A DNA stretch of 64,000 bases from Azolla caroliniana (GCA_043228905.1 JBHGNT010000005.1:11346001-11410000), one strand, 5' to 3'; positions 11,549-25,795 are shown, counted from the first letter of the stretch. A program made the numbers and translations. The notes: generated from the sequence alone by a model not told the origin.

Positions 11549-14309
11549 ATGGGAACTAATTCACCCTTTTCTGTTGAGGAATATCAACTGTCATTGGATT
11601 CCTCACCTTCTCTGGGGTTTTCGGTAGAAGAATACCATTGGTCTCAAGATTCTAATTTCTCCATTGAGGAGCATATAATCTCCGACAGTCCAGTCAATAT
11701 GACAAGATGCCTTGAATTCTCAATTGAAGAGTATGACCCATACGCAGACTCGGGTGAGAATGTAGGTTATTGTCAAAGTCCCGAAAGTATTTCTACCCAG
11801 CAACAGAGAACAAATGTGCGCCAAGAGGAGGACACGCCAATATCAGCTAAGGATGACAATAAGTCAATGAGCCCCTTATTTTTGAAAAGGGTCTCAAGAC
11901 GTATTAGTTGAGAACGATTTGCTTCAGTGACATCTGAGGCTCAACTTACCGTAGATGTTAAAAAGACATGCTGCGCTCATGGGTGTATGGCGATCATTGG
12001 AAAGCAAAACTTGTGGTCTTTGAGACGTTACTATTTTTCACTCAATGATGATGAACAAGACACTTATCTTATGACACACTTACAGATGGTGTCAGACAAA
12101 GCCTCAGATATCTTGATCTCTTTCGAGTATTACCTTTTTACGACACGACAATGTTGTAGAGTTGCATTCAAGATCGCACTTTGTGTTAGCAACATGAGAT
12201 TACATAGAGTGCAACAAAGAGTTTTAAACGACAACAATCCCATTGAAGATGATAATTTACCAAGTATGAAGGGTGCATCAGGTAGAAATGCGATCTACTG
12301 GATGAAGACATACTTCAAGTTCAATTGTGAGATAATGCCAACTACTGGTAGGTTGCATCTCTCTGACAATTATACACATCGAGAAGTTTATGATTCCTAT
12401 AGTTTGGAAATGTCAACTTGTTGCGACAAGTATGTCACCTACAGCCAGTTCACAAGGTTGTGGACATTGCAGTTTAGTAATGTTATTATACCTCGTAAAG
12501 TACGTATGGGGTATTGTTCAGTATGTGCAAACCTAAAGAGTGTGTGTAAAGGGGCAAAGACAACGACAAAGAAGGAGCTAAATAAGAAATTGTTACAAGA
12601 TCACCGAGAAGACCAAGCATTAGAGTGAAAAAGAGCTATGCACCATAGGGAAAAGTCGATAAACAATCCAGCTAAGTACATGTGTTTAATGATAGATGGA
12701 ATGGACCAAAAGAAGATGTGTCTACCTCATCTTAAATGTCTTCCTAAAGATGTCAACGATGATTGTCTCGTGCAGATGCACTTGGTGGGTTGTTTAGCCT
12801 ATAATGGAAGTGTGAAGCCTCATGTCTTCGTCACCAACCCAAATGTCCACAATGACCCTAATTTAACAGTCACTGTGATTCAAAAAGTATTGATGTCTTG
12901 GGGGTAGTCTTTGCCTCCGGTTTTATATATTCAACTAGAAAATACTGCTCGGGAAAACAAAAATTCTATGATGTTTGGTTATCTAAGTATGTTAGTGAAC
13001 CAAGGAATTTTTAGGAAAGTGAAAGTTAACTTTCTATTGGTTGGTCACACACATGACCATATCGATCAGATGTTCAGTAACTTCTCTAGGCAGTTATCAC
13101 GATATGATGCTTTTACATTACCTAAGTTGTTCGACATCATTCGTGATGTATATACACCACGCCCAATCGTGGAACACTTGAAGGAAATATATGATTTCAA
13201 GAGATACATATTAGATAGTGGTGAGCGAAATGCCAAAGTGTTAGCGCCATTAAATAATATAAGTTTCAACCACGTATTCTTAATAAATAAAAATGATCAT
13301 AGTGGTTGTACATTATTATATGCAAAGCAGTATTCATCCTCCACCCAATGGGAGCCTGAAGGCGAGTGTCAGTTTCTACTTCATACGCCTTCAACTTTTG
13401 TTTATGGTACAGGACAAATGCCGATTGAGACTAAGAAAGTTGTCACCAATGTACTAGCTGATAATCCAAAGGATGTTTGGATGCAAGCGCTGCAAGACAA
13501 ACGCAAGCACATTGACAATGCAAAGAAGTATGCTGGGGAACAAGACACATCATGGTGGGATGTGTTCTTTAAAGATCAAGAACAAATTGTTGACAATTGT
13601 GTCCTTGGTACTTGGACCGTGAAAATACCCTTGACCTAGAATATACAACAATGTCGTAATTCTCAGACTTCTCGTCTTGCACCTAATGAGATTAATGATA
13701 ACTTGCTCCATCCACCAGAAAGGGACATATATGTTGGACCCAGGCTGACAAAAATAGCGGAAGCAAGGTGGCAAGGGAACTTGCAAAAATTGAAGGTGGG
13801 TATGTTAGTTGCTACACCTGTTGATGATAATGAACTGGGACATCAATTTTGGATTGGTAAGGTTTTAGATGTGGTGATGCATGAGAACCAAAGTCAAATC
13901 TAGTTTATAAAGGTGCATTGGTACAACACTAAAAACAAAAATGCCTTTACCGGCAAGTATGCTTTAGAGATGATGGAATGTCCATGGTCAAGGGGGAATA
14001 GAAAGAGGAAAAGAAATATTCGTAGCACTTCATGCCTAGACATTGGTGACGCAGATATTATTGTTTACGACTTCACACTAACAAAAGTTGGACGTCTCAG
14101 GTAGTTTACAATAGATATTATCAAGGAGAAATTACCTATTCTACAAGGGGTGTCATGTCGAAGGCAAACAAGATCGTCTATCGTCTATACATAACATGGA
14201 ATGCCAACATCTAGTTTTAGATGAAGACAATGCCTTCATAGGTACATCCGAAGATGACGAGGAACAATCCGCATTGTATATTAGTTATAGTAGCGACTCT
14301 GGATCATGA
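11549..14309 (+). pseudogene. Sola1-like (DUF7869-type) DDD transposase with C-terminal BAH/Tudor-like segment, disabled
   Basis: Six ORF-track pieces (11549, 11927, 12638, 12911, 13703, 13913) are all in one frame, separated by point stops. Motifs: CSVC, CLMIDGMDQKK, LYIQL(D>E)NTARENKN, FLLVGHTHDHIDQMFS; C-terminal FWIGKVLDV..VHWY. The 3' end is approximate. Confidence 0.82.
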
Positions 14310-15674
14310 TACGAGTGATTTTTGTAAATTTTACGCTCCTCAATGATATTTTGGTATCTAATGTAAGATAGTGTCATTTGTAATATTCGAAATATGTGTA
14401 AATTATGTTTAGAAACATTATTGCTTTGTATAGACATTTTTTGTTACAAAATACATTACTTCTTGACTTCTCAGTGATAGTGAACATTGTACCATTTCGA
14501 TTATAGCATAATTTTAGCATTTTTCCAAGTTTAGGAAATGATGATTTTTTGAGGTTTTCCAACGACATTTTGGGAACATGTGATACTGGTATCATTATGT
14601 TTTGTGAATAGAGTATCTAAACCCCAAAATTTGAGGGAATATTCCTTATCCTTCCATTTTTGCGAATGTGAACGCAAACGTGTTAGGGTAAATGCATAGT
14701 AATGAGCATTACAGATGCCATTGCACGCAATAGGAAAACCTTAGAAGTGCTGGGAAACAGGTCCCTCTAGATGGGATCCGAATGAGTCGGATCAGACGAG
14801 CTGAAGGAAGGAACCAGACCGGATGGATCCAGAAGGTATGCTGGATCGGATGGATCCAGAAAGAGTCCGTCCGAATCCGGTATGAACCAACATGTAGCAA
14901 CATATTAGTAAATATGTTCAGAGGTGACCGTTGAGGTCATATTTGTAAATAACCCTAAAGTTATATGAGTATAAATATAACTACGGCAACCGTGCATGAT
15001 GATGTTGTTATTATCTTTATTGTTGTACAAAGCGTAGAGAGACAACGAGAGAGATATAGAAAGTATTTTCAGTGGTAACCGCCGGTTGGCGAAGGCATAG
15101 AGCTCGAGGTCATTGCCTCTGAGTCTCACGTTGTAACCTTTCCTTCTCATAGTGATTGTTGGAGTCTGTGGGCTCCCGTGGTTTTTCCCTATAAGGGTTT
15201 CCCACGTAAACATCTCGTGTTGTCTCATTCTGTGTAAGCTCATTAACCTTCATTCCTGTTTTTGCTTCTTCCATTGAGTGATTAAGACTTGGTTGTGGCC
15301 GAGCACTATTCCACACAAACTGGTATCAGAGCAAACAAAAAATGGAAGAGTCATTCGGAAGGATGTTCAAGCTCACCGACTCCAACTACCCAGTGTGGAA
15401 GTTGAAGATGAGGAACATGCTCGTGGTTAAAGATCTCTCGCTTCCTGTACAGTTCGGGAACATGAAACTGGACAAGATCGATGCTACGATTTGGGAGGTG
15501 ATGCACATGAAGAAGAAAACATACATTCGGTGCTTCATCGATATGAGCCTGTACAACAACTTCAATGAAGAAAGTAAGGCTCATGTGCTCTGGGAGAAAA
15601 TCAGCACCATGTTGAAGAGTAAGAATGTCATAAATTGGGTTTCGGTATTCTAGAAGTTAGTGAGACTCCGGTAA

Positions 15675-16260
15675 TGTTAGGAAATAGGTCCCTCCGGATG
15701 GGAAGTGAGAAGAACCGTGTTGATGAGAATCCGGATGTGGAGTACCCGGCAACGGAAGACCCGGTGAGAATCGGATGTTGTAGGCCCAGTGAGAACCTCT
15801 CATCGGATGGAAGGGACATATATGTAAATATGTTCCAGAGAGCCCACTGGGGATATATTTGTAAATAGCCCGAAAGTCATATTAGTATAAATATGATCTA
15901 GGGCAAACGTAATAGTGATGAGGATAGAGCTATTAGTGTAACTTCTGTGCAGTGCGTAAGAGAGAGAGAGAGAGAGCGATATACAAAGATTGTGTCTCTG
16001 TTGTAACCGTTGCTAGGCAAAGCTTGTGAGCAAGAGGTCGTTGCCTCTGTGCTCCCTGTTGTATTACTTCACAGAGTGATAGTTTGGATTCTGTGGACTC
16101 CCGTGGTTTTTCCCTCTCAAGGTTTTCCACGTTAATATCCTGTGTATTCTCTTTCTGCTTTGTGTACTTACCTCCATTCCCATTTCGTCTGTGTTTTGAT
16201 TGTCATCAAGTGATCTACGCTTCGGTTGTGGCCGGAGATTAACCCGCGTAGTCCATGTCA
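15675..16260 (+). mobile_element. Solo LTR (copia, related to A) inserted in gag of A
   Basis: TG...CA termini; TSD GGTAA at 15670-15674 and 16261-16265; gag resumes afterwards. Confidence 0.85.
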
Positions 16261-17338
16261 GGTAATAAGATGGATCCAGCATGGCAGAGCACATGAATTC
16301 ATTCCAAGGGATGATAAATCAAACAACCTCATTGGAAGTACCCCTAGCCGACGAGGTACTTGCGTTACTGTTGCTCGGTTCCGTCATGAATAATTGGGAG
16401 ACGCTAGTTGTCACTTTGGGTAACACTGGGCTGGAAGGAAAATAGTTATCCCTAATAAGGGTAAAATCAAGCTTGCTGGATGAAGAAGCTCGCCGGAAGG
16501 ATCAGGAGTCCGGAACCGTTCCGAAGGCCTTGGTTACGGAAGACGACCATAACCGGGAAGAGGTTGGAATAGGAGTCCCTAGAATCAGGAAACATCGGGG
16601 ATGAGGTTGAAGTCAAGGGGGAGGCCCACTTGCTTTTATTGCGGAAAGCCGAGGCACTTCCAAAAGAATTGCTGACACTTCCGGAAAGCCAAACGGGGAA
16701 CTGAAGAAAATTTCGGAGAGAAGAAGAACTTCGGCAATCGCGACAAGCAAAGAAGAACTGATGCTTATGATCGGAGATAGCGAGCTACACGTTGTTAGCA
16801 ATTGAACGACATGGGTGGTCGACTCCGGAGAGTCCTTCCATTTTACCCTTGACAAGAAATGCTTCTCTTCGTAAAGAGCCGAATATCACGGTTGTGTCCG
16901 TAATGAAGGTGCATGCCGAATTGTCAGCATAGGAGATCCGTGGTTGATTACGTCAACCGAGTGAAAATTGCTGCAGAAGGATGTCCGACACATTCTGGGG
17001 GTTTGTTGAACCTGATATCAGTTGGTCGACTAGATGATGAAGGCTAAATGGGTAGCATCCAGAACGGAGTCATAAAGTTTAGCAAAGGGAGCCTGATTGT
17101 GGCTCGAACCTGGAAGAACAACACATTGTATCTCATGCATGCCCGGATATGTCATGGGAAGTGAACGTGGCATCTGACAATGTCGGTGAGTTGTGGCACA
17201 AAAGGTTGTGTGACATGAGCTAGAAAGGGATGAGAACACTTGCCGAGGATAACCTCATTCCGGAGTTAAACACATGCAACTTGAGAGATGCACCGACAAC
17301 TTGGCCGGCAAGCAAAACCGAACTTCTTTCCAGCCAAG

Positions 17339-19766
17339 TGACAGGAACTACGCGCTCCCTATGCGCAACGCTCGGCCACAACCGAGCTTAGAATCAAACA
17401 CAAAAAAAACGGGGGATGAATACATGACACAAAGGAGAGAAGAGTACAAAGGATGTTTACGTGGAAAAAAACCCAAACTAGGGAAAAAACCACGACAGAC
17501 CACAGACTGCAAACTATCACTATATCACTATGATTATAACAATGAGCTCACGGAGGCAACGACCTCGTGCTCACGATCTTCGCCACAGGCGGCGGTTACA
17601 ACAGAGGCAATGACCTCTTCATTTCTTTATTTCTCTCTCTCTCTCTTTGTACACTGTTGCGCACTAATCTTGCACCAACAAGAATGACAACTACACCACA
17701 GGCTAAAGTTTGCCCTAAGTCATATTTATACTAATATGACTTTTCGGCTATCTACAAATATAGCCCCGATGGACTCTCAGAAACATATTTACGAATATGT
17801 CCCTTCATCCGGTGAGCACTCTTCATTGGGCCTGCATCATCCGGCGCTTGCCGGGTACTCGTCATCCGGTTCTCACTAGGTCATCCGTAGCCAGGTACTC
17901 CTCATTCGGTTCTCATTGGGTCTTCATCATCCGGTTCTCACCGGGTCATCCGTAGGCGGGTACTCCTCATCCGGAGGGACCTGTTTCCTAACAAACTCCC
18001 CCTTCACTCCGGCATGGGATGTCTTACTAGTTCGACCCGCTTTCAGCATGCATCCAGCTTGTCAGGTGTCAGTACTTTGGTCAGCATATCTGACCCGTTC
18101 TCGGCTGTGTGGATCTTTGTCAGCGCGAACTCTTGGTCATCTACTCTTTCCCGGATCCAGTGATACCTACGCTGGACATGCTTCTTAGCAAGGTGGATGG
18201 CACTTTGACTGTCGAAATAGAGCCGGTATTCATCTTGCCGGATACCGAGCTCTCCGATGAAGTCCTTCATCCATAATATCTCCTTGCCGGCTTCCACAGC
18301 TGCCATGTACTCCGCCTCCGTGGTTGACAACGCAACCGTCTTCTGTAGGCTCGACTGCCACGAAACAGCTCCCCCTACATATGTCATTACATACTCGGAT
18401 GTAGATCGGCTGGTATCCACATCAACCGACATGTCCGAATCGGAGACACATATTTGAAATGCCCTTCAGGTACCGGAGTATCCATTTGACCGCGTTCCAG
18501 TGCTCCTTGCCGGGATTGCTCATAAACCGGCTCACCACTCCGACTGCGTATCCTATATCCGGTCGGGTACACACCATTGCGTACATTAAGCTCCCGACGG
18601 CAGAGGCATATGGAACCTTCATCATATCAGCCTTCTCTACTTTCGTCTTCGGGCTTTGCTTACCGGATAATCTGAAGTTTGCCGGGAGTGTCGATCCGAC
18701 CGGTTTCGCTTCTAACATGTTGAACCGCTGAAGCACCTTTGTCACGTACTTCTCCTGTGACAGCCACAATTGCTTCGTTGGCCGGTTCCGGATGATATGC
18801 ATCCCTAGCATCTGTCTTGCCGGGCCCAAGTCTTACATTGAGAAGGTCCGGTTGAGAGCGTTCTACAGCATCCGTATTTTTGCTTGGTCCCTTCCGACGA
18901 TCAACATGTCGTCCACGTACAGAAGGAGTATCATGAAGTCACCGCCTTCGAACTTCTTCACAAACATGCAGTGATCGGCCTGCGTCTTGTGGTACCCTTG
19001 ATCAGTCATGAAGGAGTCGAACTTCCGGTACCATTGTCGGGGATCCTGCTTCAGTCCGTACAGGATCTTCTTTAAACGACAAACCAAGTGCTCCTTCCCT
19101 TTCTCCACGGATCCTTTCGGTTGCTCCATGTAGATCTCCTCTTCGAGGTCACCGTGAAGGTATGCCGTCTTCACGTCTAGTTGCTCTATCTCGAGGTCCA
19201 TGCTTGCCGCTATACTCAGCACCGTCCGGATGGAGGTCATCTTTACTACCGGGGCAAATATCTCGTCGAAATCCATGCCCTTCTTCTGCTGGAACCCCTT
19301 CACCAAGATCCTCGCTTTGTATCTCGGGGTGTTGCTTGGCATCTCCCGGTTTCAACTATCACTCAATGATTACAACAGTGAGCTAACGGAGGCAATGACC
19401 TCGTGCTCACGATCTTCGCCATAGGTGGCAGTTACAACAGAGGCAACAACCTCCTTGTTTCTTTCTCTCTCTCTCTCTCTCTCTTTGTACACTGTTGCGC
19501 ACTAATCTTGCGCCAACAAGAATGACAACTACACCATAGGCTAAAGTTTTCCCTAATTCATATATATACTAATATGACTTTTCGGCTATTTACAAATATA
19601 GCCCCGATGGACTCTCAGAAACATATTTACGAATATGTCCCTTCATCCGGTGAGCACTCTTCACCGGGCCTGAGTCATCTGGTGCTTGCCGGGTACTCCT
19701 CATCCGGTTCTCACCGGGCCATCCGTAGCCGGGTACTCCTCATCCAGAGGGACCTGTTTCCTAACA
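17339..19766 (-). mobile_element. Internally deleted copia element (RT-RNase H only)
   Basis: 3' LTR 17339-17993, then PPT. RNase H/RT ORFs at 18043-19342 (LLLYVDDMLIV). RT is fused directly to a partial 5' LTR (~19352-19766). TSD CCAAG/TCAAG. Confidence 0.8.
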
Positions 19767-20282
19767 TCAAGGACACAAGGTCACATGCAGGATCGCAGTA
19801 CATCGTAACATTCATAAAGGAACACAACCGGAAGTTGTGGGTCTCACCGCTGAAGATTAAGGACCAGGTATTATCCACCTTCACGGAGTTCCACGCGAGA
19901 GTGGAAAGGGAAACCGGCCAGAAGCTCAAGCCGGTTCGAGCAGACAACTGAGGAGAATACCGGGGGCAGTTTGAGGAGTACTGCCAGTGAAAAGGAATCC
20001 AACTCGAATGCACTATGCCGAAGACACCGGAACTGCACGGGTTGGCCAAGAGAATGAACCGGAGAGTAATGGAGAGAGTACGGACCATGCTGGCACATGC
20101 AAAGTTACCCAAGATGTCTTAGGCCGAGGCACTGATGACAATGACCTATGTGATAAACAGATCACCCTCAACACCCTTGGATGGAGACACATCCAAGAGA
20201 GTATGGACTAGTAAAGATGTGTCTTACCGGCATTTGATGGTGTTTGGCTGTTTTGCATACGTGCATGTTGCAAAGGACAAGA

Positions 20283-23200
20283 TGACAAGAACTACACGCT
20301 CCCGATGAACAACGCTCGGCCACAACCAAGCTTAGAATCAAACATACAAAATCTGAATGAATGCACGACACAATGGAGAGAAGACTACACAGGATGTTAA
20401 CGTGGAAAAACCCAAAGTAGGGAAAAAACCACGGTAGCCCACAGGCTGCAAACTATCACTATATCACAATGTACAATGGTAAAGCACCGAGGCAACGACC
20501 TCGAGCTTGTTATCTTCGCCACAGGCGGCGGTTACAACAGAGGCAACGACCTCTTTCTCTCTCTCTCACTCTCTGTACACAGTTACGCGCTCTGATCTTG
20601 CGCCAACAAGAATGACAACAACACACTATACTAAGTTTTCTCTAAGTCATATTCATACTAATATGACTTTTCAGCTATTTACAAATATAGCCCTGATGGA
20701 CTCTCAAAAACATATTTACGAATATGTCCCTTCATCCAGTGAGAACTCCTCACAGGGCCTGCATCATCTGGCGCTTGCCAAGCACACGTCATGTGGTTCT
20801 CACCGGATTTGCCGTTGTCGGGTACTCCACATCCAGTTCTCACAGGGTCTTCACCATTCGGCTCTTGCCGGGTACTCGTCATCCGGTTCTCACCGGGTCT
20901 TCCATTGTCGGGTACTCTTCGTCCAGTTCTCACCAGGTCTTCACCATCCGGCTTCGGCCTCGGCCAATCGACCTTGGCCGAGTTTGCTCATCAGTACTGT
21001 TCTTCTCACTTCCCATCTGGAGGGACCTGTTTCCTAACAAACTCCCCCTTCACTCCGGCATGGGATGTCTTACTAGTCCGATCTGCTTCTGGCATGCATC
21101 CAGCTTGTCAGGTATCAGTACTTTGGTCAGCATATCTGACCCATTCTCAGCCGTGTGGATCTTCGTCACCGCGAACTCCTGGTCATCCACTCTTTCCCGG
21201 ATCCAGAGATACCTTTGGTGGATATGCTTCGTCCAGGAATGGTAGGCCGCATTCTTGGCAAGGTGGATGGCACTTTGACTATCGAAATAGAACCGGTGTT
21301 CCTCTTGCCGGATACCGAGCTCTCCGATGAAGTCCTTCATCCATAATATTTCCTTGCCGGCTTCCACAGCCGCCATGTACTCCGCCTCCGTGGTGGACAA
21401 CGCAACCGTCTTTTGTAGCCTCGACTGCCATGAAACAGCTCCTCTCTGGTATGTCATTACAAACCTGGATGTAGACCGGCTGGTATCCACTTCAGCCGAC
21501 ATGTCGGAATTGGTAAAACCGTCAAGTTAAGGTTTTCCGGAGCCGAATCGGAGACACATGTTCGAAGTGCCCTTCAAGTACCAGAGTATCCATTTGACTG
21601 CGTTCCAATGCTTCTTGCCGGGATTGCTCATAAACCGGCTCACCACTGTGACTGCGTATCCTATATCCGGTCGGGTACACACCATTGCGTACATTAAGCT
21701 CCCGAAGGCAGAGGCATATGGAACCTTCATCATATCAGCCTTCTCTACTCTCGTCTTCAAGCTTTGCTTACTGGATAATCTGCAGTTTGCCAAGAGTGTC
21801 GATCTGACCGGTTTCGCTTCTAACATGTTGAACCGCTGAAGCACCTTTGTCACGTATTTCTCCTGTGACAGCCATAATTCCTTCGTTGGCCGGTTCCGAA
21901 TGATATGCATCCCCAACATCTGTCTTGCCGAGCCCAAATCTTACATTGAGAAGGTTCGGTTGAGAGAGTTCTTCAGCATCCGTATTTTGGCTTGGTCCCG
22001 TCCGACGATCAACATGTCGTCCAAGTACAGAAGGAGTATTAGGAAGTCACCTCCTTTGAACTTCTTCACAAACATGCAGTGATCGACCTACGTCTTGTGG
22101 TACCCTTGATCGGTAATGAAGGAGTCGAACTTCCGGTACCATTGTTGGGGAGCCTGCTTCGGTCCATACAGGCTCTTCTTTAAACGACAAACCAAGTGCT
22201 CCTTCCCTTTCTCCACGAATCCTTCCGGTTGCTGCATGTAGATCTCCTCTTCGAGGTCACCGTGAAGGAATGTCGTCTTCACGTCTAGCTGCTCTACCCC
22301 GATGTCCATGCTTGCCACTATACTGAACACCGTCCGGATGGAGGTCATCTTTACTACTGGGGAATTTTTTCGTCAAAATCCACGCCCTTCTTTTGCTGGA
22401 ACCCCTTCATCAAGATCCTCTCCTTGTATCTTAAGGGGTTGCCGGCATCTCCCGGTTTCAACTTGTACACCCACTTGTTTCGGAGTGCCCGATTTCCTTT
22501 CGGCAACTCCAAAAATTCGTACATATGGTTCTCATGCAAGGAATCCATCTCATTATACATGGCACTTAACCATTTGCGGCTATGGGTGTCATACTTCGCT
22601 CCTTCGAAGCTTTCTGGCTCCCAGTCATCGGTTAGCAGCACATGCTCTCCATCCGGAAATCTTCGGGGGGCCCTTCTCTCTTTGAGAGGATATCTCCATC
22701 CTTGGGCTTCGGTAACCGGCTCCTCCATTTGCTCTTCATCCGAATCCGATTCGGGGTCTTGGCCGGGTCCGGTTTCAGCTTCCTATACTTCTTCTTCTGC
22801 CGGTTCGATATCCTCACCGCAACCAGCCTGTTCCTTGAGTGCTAACCAGTCTCTTGTCGGTTGGGACTGGTCATCGTAGAATCGATCCTTACCAGTCGAC
22901 TCAGAGTTCATTATCTTCTTCTCCGACTCCCAATCGGCAAGCATCTTGTCCTCCATGAAGATAATATCTCGACTGCGGAATACGTTCTTGTCGACCAGGT
23001 CCCACACTCGGTAGCCCAACTCATCGTCACGGTAACCGAGGAATATGCATGGCCGGGTCTTCGGATCTAGTTTTCCTCTCCGGTCCTTAGCTACATGCAC
23101 ATACACAAGACACCCGAATACCTTCAGATGCCGGTAACACACTTCCTTACCGGTCCAGACTCTGTGTGGCATGTCTCCGTCCAAGGGTACTGAGGGTGAT

Positions 23201-25795
23201 CTGTTTATCACATATGTTGCCGTCGACAGTGCCTCAGCCCAAAACTTCTTGGTTAGTTTTGCATGCGCCAGCATACTCCAGACCCTCTCCATTATGGTCC
23301 GGTTCATCCTCTCGGCCAACCCGTTTAGTTCCGGCGTCTTCGGCACGGTAAATTCAAACCGGATTCCCATCGAGCGACAGTACTCCTCGAACTGCCCCCG
23401 ATATTCACCTCCGTTATCTATTCGAACCGCCTTTAGCTTTCGGCCGGTTTCACTTTCCACTCTCGCATGGAGCTCTTTGAAGACGGATAGCACCTGACCC
23501 TTCGTCTTCAACGGTGTGGCCCACAGCTTCCAGCTGTGGTCATCTATGAATGTCACGAAGTACTGCGATCCGGCATGTGACTTCATGTCCACTTGACATA
23601 CATCAGTATGCACAAACTCGAGTAGTGCATTACGTCTCATCAGTGGCCTTCATCGGAAGGAGGTCCGGTTTTGCTTACCGGCCAGATAATCAGTGCACTT
23701 CTCCAAGTGCACGTTCTTCACTGGAATGAGGTTGTCGTCTGCAAGCCTCTTGTGCCACAGCTCACCGACAGTGTCGGATGCCACGTTCACTTCCTCCGGA
23801 CATAACCGGGCATTCATCAGGTACAACGTGTTGACCTTCCGGGCCCGAGCCCCAATCAGGCTCCCTTTGCTGAAATTCATAACACCGTTCCAGATGCTAC
23901 CCTTGTAGCCCTCATCATCTAGCCGACCGGCTAATATCAGGTTCAGACGAACCTCCGAAACGTGTTGGACATCCTTCAGTAGCAACTTGCATCCGGTTGG
24001 CATTGTCAACCACACGTCTCCTATGCCAATAATTCGACATGTACCTTCATTCCCCATCCGGACACTGCCGTGATCACCGGCTGAGTAGGATGAGAAGCAT
24101 TTCTGGTCCGGGGTAAGGTGGAACGACGCTCCATAGTCAACCACCCAGGTCATCTCGTCGCCGGCAAGGTTTAGCTCACTCTCCTCGGTGATGAGCATCA
24201 ACTCTTCTTCACTTGCCGCGATTGCCGTTGTTCCCTTCCGATCCGGCCCCCTCCGGTCTTTACCGTTCCAGTTCGGTGTCCGCTTCGAATCGGTACAGTC
24301 GATTTACTTGTCTCTTCGGAAGTGCCGACAGTTCTTCTGGAAGTGTCCTGGCTTGCCGCAATAGAAGCAGGTAGGCCTCCCCCTTGACTTTGACCGTATC
24401 CCCGACTTCTCCCGGTTCTGGGGACTACGGTTCCTTTGTCTTCCGCGTTCCGATTCGGTAAGGAGCGCTTTGGAGTCGGAGCTCGTATCCTTATATTTCC
24501 GATGCGCCTCCTCATCTAGCAAGCTCGACTTCACTCTTGCTAGGGATAACCATTTCCCTTCCGGCCTGGCATTGCCCAAAGTGACAACCAACGTCTCCCA
24601 GCTATCTGGGAGGGAACCGAGCAGAAGTAGCGCTAGTACCTCATCGGCAAGAGGTACTTCCAATGATGTTGCCTGGTGGATCAGCCCCTGGAAGGCATTC
24701 ATGTGCTACGCCATGCTGGAGCCATCTTGGTACCGGAGTCTTACTAGTGACTGAAATACCGAAACTTGATTAACAACATTCTTGTTTTGAAACATAATGT
24801 TGATCTTCTCCCAGAGCTCATGACCCTTGCTCTCTTCATTAAAGTTGTTGTATAGGCTCATGTCAATGAAGCACCGTATGTAGGCCGTTGTCTTCATGTG
24901 CATCACCTCCCATATTGTGGCGTTGATTTTGTCCGGTCTCTTGTCCCTGAACTGAACCGGCAACCAAAGATCTTTAACCACCAGCATGTCCCTCATCTTC
25001 GACTTCCACACGGGATAGTTGGAGCCGGTGAGCTTGAACATGCCTCCCAATGATTCATCCATTTTCTGTGTCGTTTTGCTCTGATACCACTTTGACAAGA
25101 AATACACGCTCCCGATGAACAACGCTCGGCCACAACCAAGCTTAGAATCAAATATAGAAAATGGGAATGAATGCACGACACAATGGATAGAAGACTACAC
25201 AGGATGTTAACGTGGAAAAAGCCAAAGTAGGGAAAAAACCACGGCATCCCACAGGCTGCAAACTATCCCTATATCACAATGTACAATGGTAAAGCACCGA
25301 GGTAATGACCTCGAGCTTGTTATCTTCGCCACAGGCGGCGGTTACAACAGAGGCAACGACCTCTTTCTCTCTTTCTCACTCTCTATACACAGTTACGTGC
25401 TCTGATCTTGCGCCAACAAGAATGACAACAACATACTATACTAAGTTTGCCCTAAGTCATATTTATACTAATATGAATTTTCTTCTATTTACAAATATAG
25501 CCCCGATGGACTCTCAGAAACACATTTACGAATATGTCCCTTCATCCAGTGTGCACTCCTCACTGGGCCTACATCATCCGGCGCTTGCCAGGTACACGTC
25601 ATCCAGTTCTCACCGGGTCTTCAGTTGCCAGGTACTCCACATCTAGTTCTCACCAGGTCTTCACCATCCGGCTCTTGCTGGGTACTCGTCATCCGGTTCT
25701 CACCAGGTCTTCACTATCCGGCTTCGGCCTCGGCAGAGTTTGCTCATCAATACTGTTCTTCTCACTTCCCAGCCGGAGGGACCTGTTTCCTAACA
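20283..25795 (-). mobile_element. Near full-length Tnt1-like copia element (degenerate)
   Basis: LTRs 20283-21039 and 25093-25795, PBS 25078-25089 (tRNA-iMet), gag-PR-IN-RT-RH ORFs from ~25060 down to 21050, PPT 21040-21050. TSD CAAGA. Confidence 0.92.

Larger units (their letters stand above)
5357..14684. mobile_element. Full-length Sola1-like DNA transposon carrying a ParB-like/DNA methyltransferase cargo gene
   Basis: Left end AACACGTTCGCGTTCA...GGAAGGAT (5357) is the inverted match of right end ATCCTTCC...TGAACGCAAACGTGTT (14684). Both ends are flanked by AGGG (5353-5356, 14685-14688), a 4-bp TSD. It contains two divergent genes. Confidence 0.88.
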
